Shown: positions 1 through 14,190, counted from the first letter of the stretch. The stretch is DNA of 64,000 nt from Eledone cirrhosa (GCA_964016885.1 OZ024743.1:275466001-275530000), one strand, 5' to 3'. The notes: generated by a model not told the origin, from the sequence alone. Numbers and translations are program-made.

Positions 1-149
1 TGAAGAACCAAGGGTAGTTTACAGTGCCGGATTAAAACTTTGATGAGGCCATGTGCTGTAGAAAGCTTGGAGATCCCTCTTTAAATAAACATTACACTAG
101 AAGGGTTTCACACAAAAAGAGATAAATAAAATAAAACATATATGTCTTT

Positions 150-346
150 TTGCGCCGGACATCATGCTTTGTGGCATATAGTCACGTCTCTTTAAGTTCT
201 GAGTTCAAATCGCGCCGAAGTTAGCTTTGCCTTTCATCCTTACGGAGTTGATAAAATAAGGGACCAGTAAGATACTAAAGTCGATTTAATCGACTTCTCC
301 CTTCTCTTTAAATTGCTAGCCTTGTGCCTAAAGTAGAAACTATTAT
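150..346 (+). mobile_element. tRNA-derived SINE, dominant family of the window (5'-eroded copy)
   Basis: B-box GAGTTCAAATC, central GCCTTTCATCCTTACGG..TCGATAAAATAA..ACCAGT and tail GCCTTGTGCCTAAAGTAGAAAC, shared with more than 10 other copies. Confidence 0.8.
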
Positions 347-789
347 TTTGAGGCCTTTTCTTTATTTAAGACCCTAAGAATGTACTTTCTTTGAAGAAAA
401 ACAATGAAAATCCATTCAATAATGTAAACCAAGAAAAAAATATAACCACTGTTGGAACATCTATGATCACAGGTCTTCTGGATCAGGACTGACCTAGGGT
501 TAAATAACTGGATGTGGATCTACGGAATATTGCAATGAAACATCAGAATATTTTTGTACCTGGAAGAAAAACTCTGCCAAAGGATTATTCATTAGTAGTG
601 TACACACACCCGCACGTACAGACACATTACACACTCGCACCCGCACGTACAGACACACACACACGCACAAGCTGCTCTTTATATATACTTATATACATAC
701 TATAACATATACACCTATATCATCTTTCACACACAACGGTAGCTATAGATACTACCAAGAAACATCAACTTAACTACGAGAGTGAAGTG

Positions 790-1090
<301 letters not shown>

Positions 1091-1854
1091 TGACGCCTGT
1101 ATATACAAACACACACACTCACATATGTATGCATAGAAAGATACATATTTTCAGATGCAAAAATCACTAGGTTGTTTCTGAACATAACTGTTTCTACTTT
1201 AGGCACAAGGCCAGCAATTACCTAGAACATTACTGGTACTTTATAATAATAATTGTTTCTACTTTAGGCACAAGGCCAGCAATATTATATATAACTTATT
1301 TGAATGTGTCACCATTGTGAGCATTGACATTTCGTGTTTAAATTATTGATTGCACTGAGAGAAAAAGAGTGAGATAGACAGAGAGAGAGTGTGTGTATAG
1401 TAGATATATCGATGAGTTGAACTTGGCTTGCTGAACCAATTCGCTGGAATTCATCATCTATATTACAACATTCACTATAAATATCTATCTATCTATCTGT
1501 CTTTCACTCCGCCTCTTTCTCCCTCTCTCTCTCTCTACACACATATGCGTGTGAACGACACATACATACACACATACACTCATGTACGCACACACACCAT
1601 TTTATATAAAACATACATGAACATTTAAGTATATATATATAGATACGGATATACAATATGAATACATAAGTATATATATATATATATATATATACAAATC
1701 TGCAAAATAATTGTTTTACGCGACTATATACTTACATGAATACACGTGTACATATACGCGTGGTTACATATACATACATGCATAAGTGCGTACAAACATA
1801 CATATATACATAAATATATATAGGTACGTACGTACGCACATACATATATATACA

Positions 1855-2280
1855 TGGTGGCTGCCAACTCTTTTTCGAGTACGGCCACTACTTTATATCC
1901 ATGTAGGAGAACCCCTACCGATGCGCTGAACGAGTGTGATTTTTTAGTCCAGCCAGCGACTTGAAAACTCTGGTACAAACACTACACTTGTGACAATTAT
2001 TGACACATAGTGCTGGGCCCATGGTATCATGTGACGACAAGTGCAGAGAGATCTCCAGATATAAAGCAATGCCTGTGCCGTGAAGCTTTTATAGTGAGCA
2101 AAGGCACTGCACCAAGCCAGTCCCACTCTCTTAACCAAGATGATATTTACCAAAAAGAAGAACAAGTCAACATCATTGGATACCATCAGAGTTGCAGGTG
2201 TTATATCAGAGTTTTCCTTCTCCTAGAATTCTGCCTTGACAAAGGCTAAGGGGTCATCTCTCCCGGTGATTTTGGATGGC
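1855..2280 (-). mobile_element. 3' remnant of an RTE-like LINE with terminal C2H2-type finger
   Basis: Minus strand reads CHKCSVCTRVFKSLAGLKNHTRSAHR*, then a short UTR running into a TA-rich tail. Confidence 0.5.
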
Positions 2281-2413
2281 CATTGACTCTTACATACATA
2301 CATACATACATACAGACATATCATATATATATATATATATATATATACAGACAGACATATATTATACAGACAAAGAAACATACATATAATACATATATAC
2401 ATACACACACACA

Positions 2414-2444
<31 letters not shown>

Positions 2445-2732
2445 CTCTTCAATTATTTATATACCCTGCAGATAATTCCCACCATTCTAATTTCTTCAAT
2501 AAGACATTAAATGAAACAAAAATTGTTTTAAAAGGAGGATTTATTCATACGAAGAAAACAAAGTGACCTCAATGAATCGTTATTAAATTTTATTATAAGA
2601 TTACTTCATACATTCATGGATGCAAATCCTTGAACATGTCATCAGTGTTGTATCCTGGAATCAGTCTCATCTAAGTGATTCGACCGAGATTGATCAACCC
2701 ACAGATAACTTATTTTGCGGAGCCTTGGAATT

Positions 2733-2763
<31 letters not shown>

Positions 2764-3322
2764 TTTGTTTGTTTGTTTTTAACACAACCCTGAGATTCCT
2801 CGGGATCCATAGTAGCAAACACTGATCTAAGGGGAACTACTCGAAACATAACTTTCTTAGCATCCTGGCTTTAAATTTTCATTTCCATCTATTATTAAAG
2901 GTGGGTTGGACCATCTCTCTCCAAATTCAGTGAATATCATTGATTATTTTAACATGTAGATGATCCCTGTTTATGCAGTTCTAAACCTAATTTTATGCTG
3001 TTCTAAAATATAATGTAAAGTAAATTTATATTTTGTGTTAAAATTTCTACACACGCTTACAAAGTAAATGGTGGTTAAAAGTCTTAAAACACTTATAAAA
3101 TGTTAAAAACAGCCATTAGAAATGCTTCTCAAACTCAGAGAATATCAAACACTGGATCATGGTACACTCCTCGAAGATCTGTATAGTTTTGAAATTTCCT
3201 GGTGAAGATTTACAAAGATGCACCTGTTTGAGCTTCTTAGAAGAAAAATGTATACATCATTATCACATATTTTGTGCATGTGGTAGAAAGGCACATCGCA
3301 AAAAGGATTCATATACCCATTA

Positions 3323-3361
<39 letters not shown>

Positions 3362-3785
3362 TATACACACACATATACATGAAACATAGACGCACATATA
3401 TGCACACAATAACTGACACTGACAAACCACTGGAATTGCTTTAATGTAAACAAAGAAGACGGCTGTTACTTTGTTAGTAAATGACTTTAATTCTAGAAAG
3501 AAGAATTTAAACAGCAAATATACCGTGGAAACGACATTCTAGCCATAAAAAAAATCATATAAAGACTATTATATTGTAATAATCACTTATTGAATACATG
3601 CAACTGCTTAAAATCTTAAGGAAAACACATTAATGTATATATGAGCTTGGCTGGTCACACTTTGGAATCGAGCCGGATCAGTTGGAGATAATTGCTTCTG
3701 ACAGGACCGGCTGAAAGGAGTGTTTGAGAACTTTGACCCCCCCCCCCCCTCGGCCCTTTCGAGAATAAGTGGGCGAAGAAGAAGA

Positions 3786-3823
<38 letters not shown>

Positions 3824-4136
3824 GAGTATTGAAGTTTGCTTATATATATATATACCGTTTGGATTTTACCTTGGATATTTTTGCTCCACATAATTGTTGA
3901 TTGCTATAACACATTGAGTTTTGGATTGCTTTACCGTTTCATAATAGAATAGACCTCTCCACTTATTAAATCTTGTATATATATACATATAAGACTTTGT
4001 GTATAAAATACCACAGTATTCAAAACATCCAGACATTAGCTATTAGTTGATTGAGCACTCAATACTGGTGGGTAAAGTGTACAAATTTAGTTTCTTCGTA
4101 TACAAAAGTGGGAGAACATATATATATATTAACTTT

Positions 4137-4220
<84 letters not shown>

Positions 4221-4260
4221 TGTCGCACTACCTGCGATCCAGTAACTGACTTACTCTATC

Positions 4261-4296
<36 letters not shown>

Positions 4297-5084
4297 ATTT
4301 AAAACACATGACTAACCAAATATGGCTGAAGTGGCTACGATGGCGGAAAATAGCCAGGGCAGGTAATATATACAAACTTTGTTTTATATTGTTGTTCTTT
4401 TGTTGTTGGTGTTATTGTTGTTAATGTAGTTGTTGTTGATGGTGGTGCTGGTGCTGGTGTTGGTGCTGGCTCTGTTGGTGGTGGTGGTGGTGGTGCTAGT
4501 GCTGGTGCTGTTGTAGGTGGTGGTAGTGTTAGTGTTGTTGTTGTTTGGTGGTGGTGGCGGTGGTGCTGCTGCTGATGGTGCTGGTGCTGGTGCTACTGTT
4601 GCTGTTGTTGTTTAGTCCCAGGTCATTCCTAACCGGACATACTTATAACTGATCGCATTTCTATTATTGCTATGTAGGACTTATATAATGGCTGACATGT
4701 GACACTAACACCATAAAATATGTTAATAATGTCATAATTTTTAACCTATGGCATCTGACACCACATAAACACATTGTAATGTCATAATGGTTAACTTATG
4801 ATACCACATAGGCAGGTCGTAATGTTGTGATAGCTTATCTATGACACCACAGAGGTACATCATGTCATAAAAGTCAACCTATGACACTGAATAGACAGGT
4901 CATAATATCATAATACTTCATCTATGATAGCATATACAGAAGTTGTAATATTGTACTGGTTGATCTGACACCTAGTATCACATAGATTGTAATGTCAATG
5001 AGAACCATCACTATATATTAATATTGTAATATTAATGAGGTTGCAGTCTTCATATGGATCTCACAGTCTTTGCTTAGAAGCAGT

Positions 5085-5330
5085 TGGGTCTTACACCAAC
5101 TAATTAAAATCAGTTGGGTCTTGCACCAACTAGTTAGAACCAGATGAGTTTTAAACAAAGTAGTTAAAACTAGTTGGATTTTATACCAAGTAGTTAAAAC
5201 CAGATGGGACTTACACCAAGTAGTTAGAACTAGTTGGATCCTACATCAGCTAGTTAGAACCGGATGGGACTTACACCAAATAGTTAGAACTAGGATTTTA
5301 CACCAACTAGTTAGAACCAATAGGATCAAG
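5085..5330. repeat. Degenerate ~31-bp minisatellite
   Basis: Recurring ACACCAA(C/G)TAGTTAGAA(C)(C/T)AG(T/A)TGG unit, about 8 copies. Confidence 0.8.
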
Positions 5331-6013
5331 CAAGTTTTAATTCGAACTGGTTAAAATTAATTGAATATTACTATGAACTACAAAGAATACATTATCCTAG
5401 ATAAGTTCTCAATCTCGTGAAAGCAATGTCTAAGTTATTATCGTTAGCCACTTGTAAAACGAAATAGATAGCTGTCGCTTGAAACGTAGATCTGAGTCAA
5501 AAGAACCCAAATATTCATATGGCAGCAATAATACTGCTTAACACTATTAGATAAAGAAGCTGTGTGTCGTGATTTCCAGTTAACGAAATTAATGGAAGAT
5601 GTATCTCCTACTAAGTGGGGGTCAATGGGATTGATATTAACTAGTGATTCCCAACTTTTTCTATACCTTTTATTTAAACGAATTATCCAGTCCCCCATCC
5701 CTGTTACAGTTACTCCACACCATTGTGGTAATAACACTCAAAACAAGAGAAATGACTATACTAAAAGAAGAACAGATACCCAGCAGTGTGTGTATATGAT
5801 GTTTATATCAAAGTATTTGAAATGTTGAACTCAGCTCACGGATCACCAGTACTGCTTCTGTGGACCCCAGGTTTGCAATCGTTGGTATAAACAACATAAC
5901 GAAAATGTTTACTTCTGATTGTGACTAGTAAACGTTGCCTGTGTATTTATTTTAGCATTGTGTTCGGCTATGAACATTGCTTCCCTCATAAAAGTCTCTA
6001 TTGGTGGGGAATC

Positions 6014-6272
6014 CAGGGCCGGATTTAGATTTGATGAGGCCCTAAACTATTTGAGATAATGGGGCCCTTTATATGTTATAAAAAATGTTATAAAAACTGC
6101 AAAATGTTCAATATTAAAGCAGAAAACTGTTTAAAACTATTGCATTATTTTAGTTCTTTTTTATTTTATATTTTGGAAATGTACACACCGTTTTTTTCAA
6201 TTTTTTCGGGGCCCCAAGAAAGTGGGGGCCCTAAACTATAGCTTGTTTAGCTTATACGTAAATCCCACTCTG
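6014..6272. mobile_element. hAT-like MITE with 8-bp target site duplication
   Basis: Imperfect TIR CAGGGCCGGATTTA...TAAATCCCACTCTG; GGGGAATC on both flanks (6006-6013, 6273-6280); related end at ~49860-49912. Confidence 0.8.
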
Positions 6273-7442
6273 GGGGAATCCAGTAAAGTATAGACGTGAT
6301 ATCCATTAATGTTTTCCTAACTAGTTTTTTCGTTTTGTTTTCTGTTATGTGATGTAATATATTGTTCATTGTTGTATGTTCATGGTGAACGGTGAACCAA
6401 TAGGGAAAGGTCACACAGAGTATGATCAATATAATTGAAGTCATGAAGATTCCCACTTTCACGTTTGTAATCAAATTTATAAATCACATTAATCATTACT
6501 AAAAAGTTCATAGGCTGACTATGAAGGAGTGATGCTAGAGCAGTGAAATCGCATGCATTAAGTTCAACTCTTCTTATTAATAACTGCATTTGGAAATTAG
6601 CGACAAATCGAGTAACTTTCAATTTCTTTTTGTTCATTTATTCTATTTTAATCTAACCAATAACTGCATTGTTTCTTTCTAGGAACTATGTTGGAAATAA
6701 ACCTCATTTGGTCATTCCATGAGAGCATGACATTTTCAGCCGACCCTCATAATAAATTGTTTGTGGGTTTACATGCTTGTGGTTTGTTTGTTGGCGTGGT
6801 TTGAATTCCAGTGTTTTACTACTGTTAGTTTATGGTTTGCTGCAATACAGTTTGTCTTCTATTTTTCGATGTATTTTTCATAATGTGTTTATCAATTCTA
6901 TAGTTAGTATATATTTGATTCATATCCACTTTATGTGGTATTTGTGTATTATATGGTGCAATGTATTTGCGCCTGTGTTGTTACATGTATTGGTCTATCA
7001 GACTAACTACTGATGATTAACATTTGTTTTATCCTGTGACTTTATTTATTTAGCGAATTGAGAGTGGAGAATCGAAATACGCTGCTAAGTATAAAGTTTC
7101 TATCATACACTATATTATGACAAGTGTTTCTAACCTTAATCGACAGACGTCGATTATTAGCATAACCAATACTCATAACACAACATCAAGGCCCACTGCA
7201 GTATTTTAGGGGCCAATGGTTTCCTTTAAAAAACACCTGAAATCTAAGAGAAAGAATAACACTTTTTAAAAAATAAATAAAACAATCAAGCAAAGCATTT
7301 GGTCAACCAATTCCGCAGGAAAGTAATAGAAACCCAAATATATGATATTGCAAATAGCTGGAATCAGTGGTTGTACATTCTACTAAATCTAAAGCTTAGG
7401 GTATTCATGCAAACATACATATATAGACACACATACAAGCAC

Positions 7443-7542
<100 letters not shown>

Positions 7543-7628
7543 GAAAAATTGAACAGGGACAGAACAGAGAGGCAGTACGATAAATGTTTATTAAATTCAC
7601 GCTCAGGAGAGTGGGGGGTAGGTGGGGG

Positions 7629-7660
7629 ACGACGTTTCGGGCATAAGCCCTTCTTCAGGT
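7629..7660 (-). ncRNA. Minimal type I hammerhead-like motif
   Basis: Minus strand: ac-CTGAAGA-a-GGGC ttat GCCC-GAAA-CG-TC-gt; stem I only 2 bp. Confidence 0.65.
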
Positions 7661-7878
7661 GAGAGTTCAAAAGGTGTGTAGGGGAGTGGTAAAGACAAAG
7701 TGTGGGAAGGTGTGTAAAGTTCGGAGAAAGGTCACGGCGGATTAGATCGGGTAGGAGGTGAGTTTTATTGTAGTACAATAAAGCAATGCAGATATCGGAT
7801 AAGAAGCACTCTACAGTTTGTGGGACTGGAGTATACATAATATATAAGAACAAAAGATGGTTAAAGGAGTTCCATGTA

Positions 7879-7945
7879 TTTTATTATGCGCATTTCAAAA
7901 ACAAATATCATCATGCAATAATATTTGTGTTTTCATCAGATAAAA
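7879..7945 (-). ncRNA. Type I hammerhead motif (inverted twin of 8037-8103)
   Basis: Reverse complement of the + copy within the 7837-8143 fold-back. Confidence 0.8.
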
Positions 7946-8036
7946 CAGGAGGACATGATATGAAGGCTAAAAAACATGTTGATTTAAAACTGCACTATTC
8001 ACAAGTGTTTTTTAGCCTTCATATCATGTCCTCCTG

Positions 8037-8103
8037 TTTTATCTGATGAAAACACAAATATTATTGCATGATGATATTTGTTTTTGAAATGCGCATAATA
8101 AAA
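8037..8103 (+). ncRNA. Type I hammerhead motif
   Basis: ttttat-CTGATGA-[~14-bp stem II]-GAAA-TGCGCA(palindrome)-TA-ataaaa. Confidence 0.85.
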
Positions 8104-8135
8104 TACATGGAACTCCTTTAACCATCTTTTGTTCT

Positions 8136-8195
<60 letters not shown>

Positions 8196-8473
8196 TTACA
8201 CATGCACACGAACTACTGACCAAATAATGTTTGGTATCAATGGGTTAAAGACATCTGTCAAATAAATTAGTGGTGAAGGTGGTGTATATATATATATATA
8301 TATATATATAAACATAACCATACATATACATATATATATATGAATGTATATATGTATAGTATATTTGGCAATATACCGTATGTTTAATTAAAAACATTTT
8401 GAAGACCATACGCTATCGGTTTTAAAGTAGTGACTATGTCACTTACTTCTTTTCGGCGAAAGAAGGGAGAGAA

Positions 8474-8513
8474 GCTAACAGTCTGTTTCACGCTGTTTGG
8501 CGATCATCAGAGC
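8474..8513 (-). ncRNA. Type I hammerhead motif
   Basis: Minus strand: gct-CTGATGA-tCGCcaaacaGCGt-GAAA-CAGaCTG-TT-agc, inside a longer outer hairpin ~8451-8537. Confidence 0.8.
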
Positions 8514-8631
8514 CACGCACTCCTGCTTCCGCCGAATATATATATATATATATAGGAAAAAGTATGACCCCGACGGCAGAGCTCAAGCCGTTTCGACGGC
8601 TATTTCTGGACTAAATTAGAATTTTCAGCCT

Positions 8632-8719
<88 letters not shown>

Positions 8720-8939
8720 TTCGTAGCACGTGGCTTGAATTCTTATCAGAGTTCAACGACCTGCGCATGTATTGTTTTTGGCGGTAGTCTCCTTCCTCCT
8801 ATTTTCGCTATTTTCGGGACAGTGTGAGATTTTCTTTAGAACTGCTGGACTAACAACCTAGCAGCTCCCTCAAGCACTGATGGTGATTATCGCTAAATAT
8901 TGATGTTGATTTGGTTATCAATATTAATATTATTGGGCA

Positions 8940-9062
8940 CCCACTGAAGAATTATAAGAGCCCACTTGAATAAGTATCTGTTGATCTTATACAAGCTTCT
9001 ACATAACTTGGTATATTTTCACCCAACTTGTAGAAATCTTATAATGAAACGAGTCGTCTGGG
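8940..9062 (+). ncRNA. Type I hammerhead motif with ~95-nt branched stem II
   Basis: ccca-CTGAAGA-ATTATAAGA...TCTTATAAT-GAAA-CGAgTCG-TC-tggg; stems I and II pair perfectly. Confidence 0.85.
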
Positions 9063-9533
9063 AAGTGATATATTTGATATATCTCATATGAAATGATACG
9101 GCCAATTTTCCACACAATACAATATAGTTAGCACCCCGAACGTTTAATTAGGAATATACTCAGGTATTTCTTAATGTTTGTTGAGTGAGTTGAAATTTGG
9201 CCGGAGTATCGCTAACAGCTTTCTCCGATTATGTATTTATATATATATATATACAAATATATAAGGAAAAAAGATGAAATCGAAAATGCAACTGGAGTCT
9301 TTTTTTTTTTAAATATATATTTATTTGGTTCCTTTGCCGTTCGCAGTTCTTCTGCTTTTCAAAAGTAGAATTGAGATGGAGGGTTTGTGGTTTTTCTCAC
9401 AGATGTGCATTTTCGATTTCATCTTTTTTCCTTATACTTTCACACGTGTAGGACATCTCGGTTTTTTTTTCATTTTGTAAAAAAAAACACTTTCTAATAC
9501 ATATATATATATATACATACACATATACAAATT

Positions 9534-9615
<82 letters not shown>

Positions 9616-9740
9616 TGTATATATAGTGTATTTTGCAATACACTGTATGCTTAATTAAAAGCATTTCGAAGACCTTATGCTATTGTTTTAGAGTAGTGAC
9701 AGACTCACTTACTTTAATTTCAGCAAACAGGGGAGATAAA

Positions 9741-9783
9741 GCTAACAAGACCCTGTTTCGCATTTATTGTTGCTTATCAAAGC
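9741..9783 (-). ncRNA. Type I hammerhead motif, U3-A8 core variant
   Basis: Minus strand: gct-TTGATAA-GCA..TGC-GAAA-CAGGgtCTTG-TT-agc; homolog of 8474-8513. Confidence 0.75.
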
Positions 9784-11103
9784 CAACTACTCCTCCTGTT
9801 TGCTGAAATCATGGATGTTTGGTTCTTATAGAATTCTATTAAATAATCAGGAACTGATTATACAGAGCGGTTGCCGGTCAAGCAGAAATTGAAAATTAGA
9901 ATTGGTGCTCTGAAATAGCTATATATATATATATGAATGTATATATAGTGTATTTTGCAATACACTGTATGCTTATATACATACGTGAGTGTGAAAGACC
10001 AAAGGTCATTATTGAAAGTCTCTGGTTTCGCAAAATACATAATATTTCTTATTGGAAAAGGTAAGATACTTTTCCGCAAAAATTTGATTGCACTGTTTTG
10101 TTTCCATTTATGTATTTTTTGAAAATGTTATTTATTCATTATAAAAATTAAATTATTGCATTCTATATGTAGGTGGGCCCCTTCATCTCCTGGCAACCAA
10201 TATTGTTAGACCTGGTCAGCCACTGTATATATATATATATAATGCAAATCATTGTGAGTTTGAATCTAACTGACATGCAAAAACATATATATAAGGTAAG
10301 CCCAAATCATAGTAGATTCAAATATCACAGAGAGAAAGAGAGAGGGGGGAGACGTGAGGGGAAAATGAGGTGCAACAGAAATGAAACACTGATTATAGGA
10401 TCAAATATAGTCTAGATAGATGAAAAACAAAACGAGAATGTAGTTTATGGAACACCCAAATGATTTAGAAGTCGACCTTAAGTAGGAGCAATAACATTAA
10501 TTAAGACATGCTTTTGTATTGAAAATTTTGAAAGTATGTTTATAAGTATGAATTTTCAAACGATTTCTGTAGTTTTCTCAGTGGACTAGCGGTAGGTACT
10601 AGAGACGGTGGAGATCCTGGTCTTGGGTTCAATCCTGGTCGAGAGGTACATGTAACCTATTTGAGTTTTTATTTTACATCCCATAGAAAAAAACTGAAAA
10701 GGTTTACCGGAACCCTACTCCTGACCAAGCTCGAACTTCGGATCAGGATCATCACCGTCTATGATTCCCCAAACTAGACCAACGAGCCAGCTACAAAAGT
10801 ATAGTGAAAATTGATAATTATAAACCTACTTTCAAAATCAAAGTTAAAAATATGTGGTGTCGTTCATGGCTTTCCTAGAGCTATTAGTCATATTTAGGGT
10901 AGACTTGTCAATCTTCTGGCTCTTTGGTAACAACATTATTATTCCTTTATGTGTTTATCTGTTGAATTAATTTAATTTGATTATTTTAACAAACAAATAA
11001 TATATATATATATATACTTACACATTCACGCGAACTACTGACCAAATAATGTTTGGTGCCAATGGGTTAAAAACATCTGTCAAAAATATTAATGGTGAAG
11101 GTG

Positions 11104-11151
<48 letters not shown>

Positions 11152-11349
11152 CAAAGAAAGTCTGGCAAGAAACCAGGTGGACCATAACGCACCAGAGTAC
11201 TCGATACTTAGGGAAGTAGAGTGAGTAATAGGAAAAGAGTCAGGACCCCGACGGCTGAGCTCCGACCGTTTCGACAGCTCGATCCAAACTCACTTCGGAT
11301 CTACCTGTTGAAACGACCGGAGCTCAGTCGTCAGGGCCCTGACTCTTTT

Positions 11350-11462
<113 letters not shown>

Positions 11463-11507
11463 AGTAAGTCAAACATGTAAAATATGACTTCGTTTATTAT
11501 AAATTCT

Positions 11508-11562
11508 CTGCTATATATATATTTCGGTGACAGCTATTATTGGATGTGACCTCTTCAGGCAG
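11508..11562 (-). ncRNA. Type I hammerhead motif
   Basis: Minus strand: ctgc-CTGAAGA-GGTcACA...TGTcACC-GAAA-TATATATA-TA-gcag; partial inverted copy at ~11632-11659. Confidence 0.8.
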
Positions 11563-11666
11563 TCCGAATTAATGTGGAAAAGACAGGTAAACATGTTGTT
11601 GAAGTGTGTTCCACTCTGTCAATACATCGATCTGAAGAGGTCACATCCAATAATAGCTACGTACTA

Positions 11667-11853
11667 GGCGGTGGATTGGCAGTATTGGTAGAGGGTCGGA
11701 CGCCATTCTTTGACGCATAGAGTTACGGCCCTTGCCATTCTGAGTTCAAATCCCGCCGAGGTTAACTTTGCCTTTCATCCTTACGGGGTCGATAAAATAA
11801 AGTACCAGTAATACACTGGGTAATTGCTGGCCTTGTGCCTAACGTAGAAATAA
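11667..11853 (+). mobile_element. tRNA-derived SINE, full length
   Basis: GGCGGTGGATTGGCAGTATTGG A-box region, GAGTTCAAATCC B-box, conserved centre and tail. Confidence 0.85.
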
Positions 11854-12370
11854 TTATTAAAAGTCTCTGGATTTCGCAAAATACATAATATTTTTTATTG
11901 GAGAAGGTAAGATATTTTTCTGCAAAAATTTGATTGCACTGTTTTGTTTCCACTTATGCATTTTTTGAAAATGTTATTTATTCATTATAAAAATTAAATT
12001 ATAGCATTCTCTATGTAGGTGGGCCCCCTCCATCTCCTGGCAACCAATATTTTTAGACCCAGTCCGCCACAGACCCCAACCCATTCAGCCCGTTATAACT
12101 ACATCGCTACCACAATGATATATATATATATATGCATAGACAATGTGGGAAGACGCTTATCGACGTGCAGAACACGCCTCATAGTCTCAGCAGACAGAAT
12201 AGAGAAACTTAAGTTCCTGTATATGTCACTATTGTAACTAATTATACTTAACTCTTCCTATGGACTCAGTGCTCTTACACATGGATATTTCTACCAAACT
12301 TAATACACTTAAAAAAACTGCTAGTTTCATAGACATTCTTGGCAAAAGTACGAATTCTTCATTATCAGAA

Positions 12371-12892
12371 CTAGCAGAAAAAGCACCCTAGCATGTGTAG
12401 TGTGCATATTGATATTATACGCAAATATACATGCATGTAGATATGATACATCAAATAAAATCGTAATTGACAATATGCACAGAAATTGAAGAGAGACTGT
12501 GTTATACTCTATTCTGTAATCAGTAAAGTAATCCATGATACATTTAAAAAAGACGATATTATATATAAACTGCATTACAGTAAAATGTAATGAAAACGAA
12601 AAAGGAGAAAATTAGCGACAGAAATATAAACATTATATAACGATGCAAATAACGATGCAATATAATATAGGGTCCATTATATCATAACCGGAAGTATTGA
12701 CATCTAAAGTGAATTTTAAAGTAAGCAATCATTATATATAAGAATATTTATGTTTAATCAACAGCTACGAAATTTAGTACATAAATTATGTAATATTCAT
12801 TCATTATTTATTCAAAGTAATCCAACTTATTTTACTAACGGGATAAAAAAATATATTCAGGACACAGTCCCGCACTCCTCCCTTTATTATAT
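12371..12892 (-). mobile_element. Non-autonomous Helitron-like repeat, homolog of 55086-55708
   Basis: Colinear similarity with 55086-55708; CTAG end on the minus strand. Confidence 0.6.
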
Positions 12893-13271
12893 CATGATTA
12901 GTACGTGCGTCTTGTCATGCTATAAATTATGTCTATGTTTACATACCAAGGGATGGCGGGATCAATATTTCGTAATACGAAAAAATCCCACTCAAGTAAC
13001 TGTATATGTGTATATATATATATATTATATAAATATATATATAAATATATATATGGGATAACAAGTTATCGTTATAGGTAATCCAGTTAGAGGTTTTGAG
13101 TACTCTGTGTCGTGGATAGTTTTAACGTACGGCTTTGTTTGACTCAACAAGATCTTTCCATAGTTAGGCAGCGAGTTCACGGTAATTCCTATGCAGGTTA
13201 TACTTGGAGTAATAATAATGAAAGAATAAAGAGTAACATGGTCGGCTGTACAACAAGGGGCTTTATTTCAG

Positions 13272-13382
13272 GTATTAACAATTGTTTCATTAATCAGGTG
13301 AGTTTAGAGGCCGCTAATCGCTCGAAGTTGCGTCACTCGATCTCCAATACATTATTTACCTCTGATCAAATCCTCAGAATAC
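13272..13382 (-). ncRNA. Type I hammerhead motif with long stem II
   Basis: Minus strand: gtatt-CTGAGGA-tTTGATCAG...CTGATTAAt-GAAA-CAATTG-TT-aatac. Confidence 0.8.
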
Positions 13383-13868
13383 AAATAATTCATACATGGC
13401 ATGGTATATATATAGAGAAATAGCATAGAATCAAAACAATAACAGCAATAATAAAATATATGATAAATAGGTAAAGAAGTTACAGATGTAAAAAGTAAAA
13501 AGTAAGAAAAAAGATACAATAAAAAAGTAAGAAATAAAAAAAATAATAAAAAATATAAAGAAATAAAGATAAGTGAGAGCATATAAGTACAGAATATGAT
13601 AGTGGTGGTGGTGAGTAAGTGTCTGTATAAGGATGCTGGGGTGGACGTAGTGCTAACATGAAAAGCCATATTCGAAACATACATAGATACGTGTAGAGAA
13701 TCTGAGGTAGTAACAAATGACAGATGAAAGAAAAAGCAATAAATTAGAAATTAAGTGGGAGATACAAGTATGAGACCAAAGGGCTAAGGGTGGATGGTGA
13801 AGAGGAATAACGAGAATCTAGCATACATTAGTTATAACTCAAACCACCCCCGATCCATAATTAATTCC

Positions 13869-13911
<43 letters not shown>

Positions 13912-13953
13912 ATGATATTAAATATATGGAAAATATATTTATAAAACCATATT

Positions 13954-14014
13954 TATTCTATTATATATATTTCAAGGGTACCAAAATTTTGGTACGCTAT
14001 CATCAGATAAAATA
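13954..14014 (-). ncRNA. Type I hammerhead motif (inverted twin of 14130-14190)
   Basis: Left arm of the ~13909-14234 fold-back. Confidence 0.7.
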
Positions 14015-14129
14015 TGAATTGTGTTTTATAAATTTTGACATAACCAAGGAAAATATACCTTAACGGTTCAAGTTATACCGTTAAGTTATATTTTCCTTGG
14101 TTATGTCAAAATTTATAAAACACACTTCA

Positions 14130-14190
14130 TATTTTATCTGATGATAGCGTACCAAAATTTTAGTACCCTTGAAATATATATAATAGAATA
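14130..14190 (+). ncRNA. Type I hammerhead motif
   Basis: tattttat-CTGATGA-tagcGTAC..GTACcctt-GAAA-TATATA-TA-atagaata; same family as 58696-58756; base of stem II poorly paired. Confidence 0.7.

Noticed and set aside
3157-5737. Possible minus-strand host exons (~3157-3226 and ~5444-5737)
   Set aside because: Non-repetitive with AG-like boundaries, but no recognisable protein similarity; needs RNA-seq or a homology search
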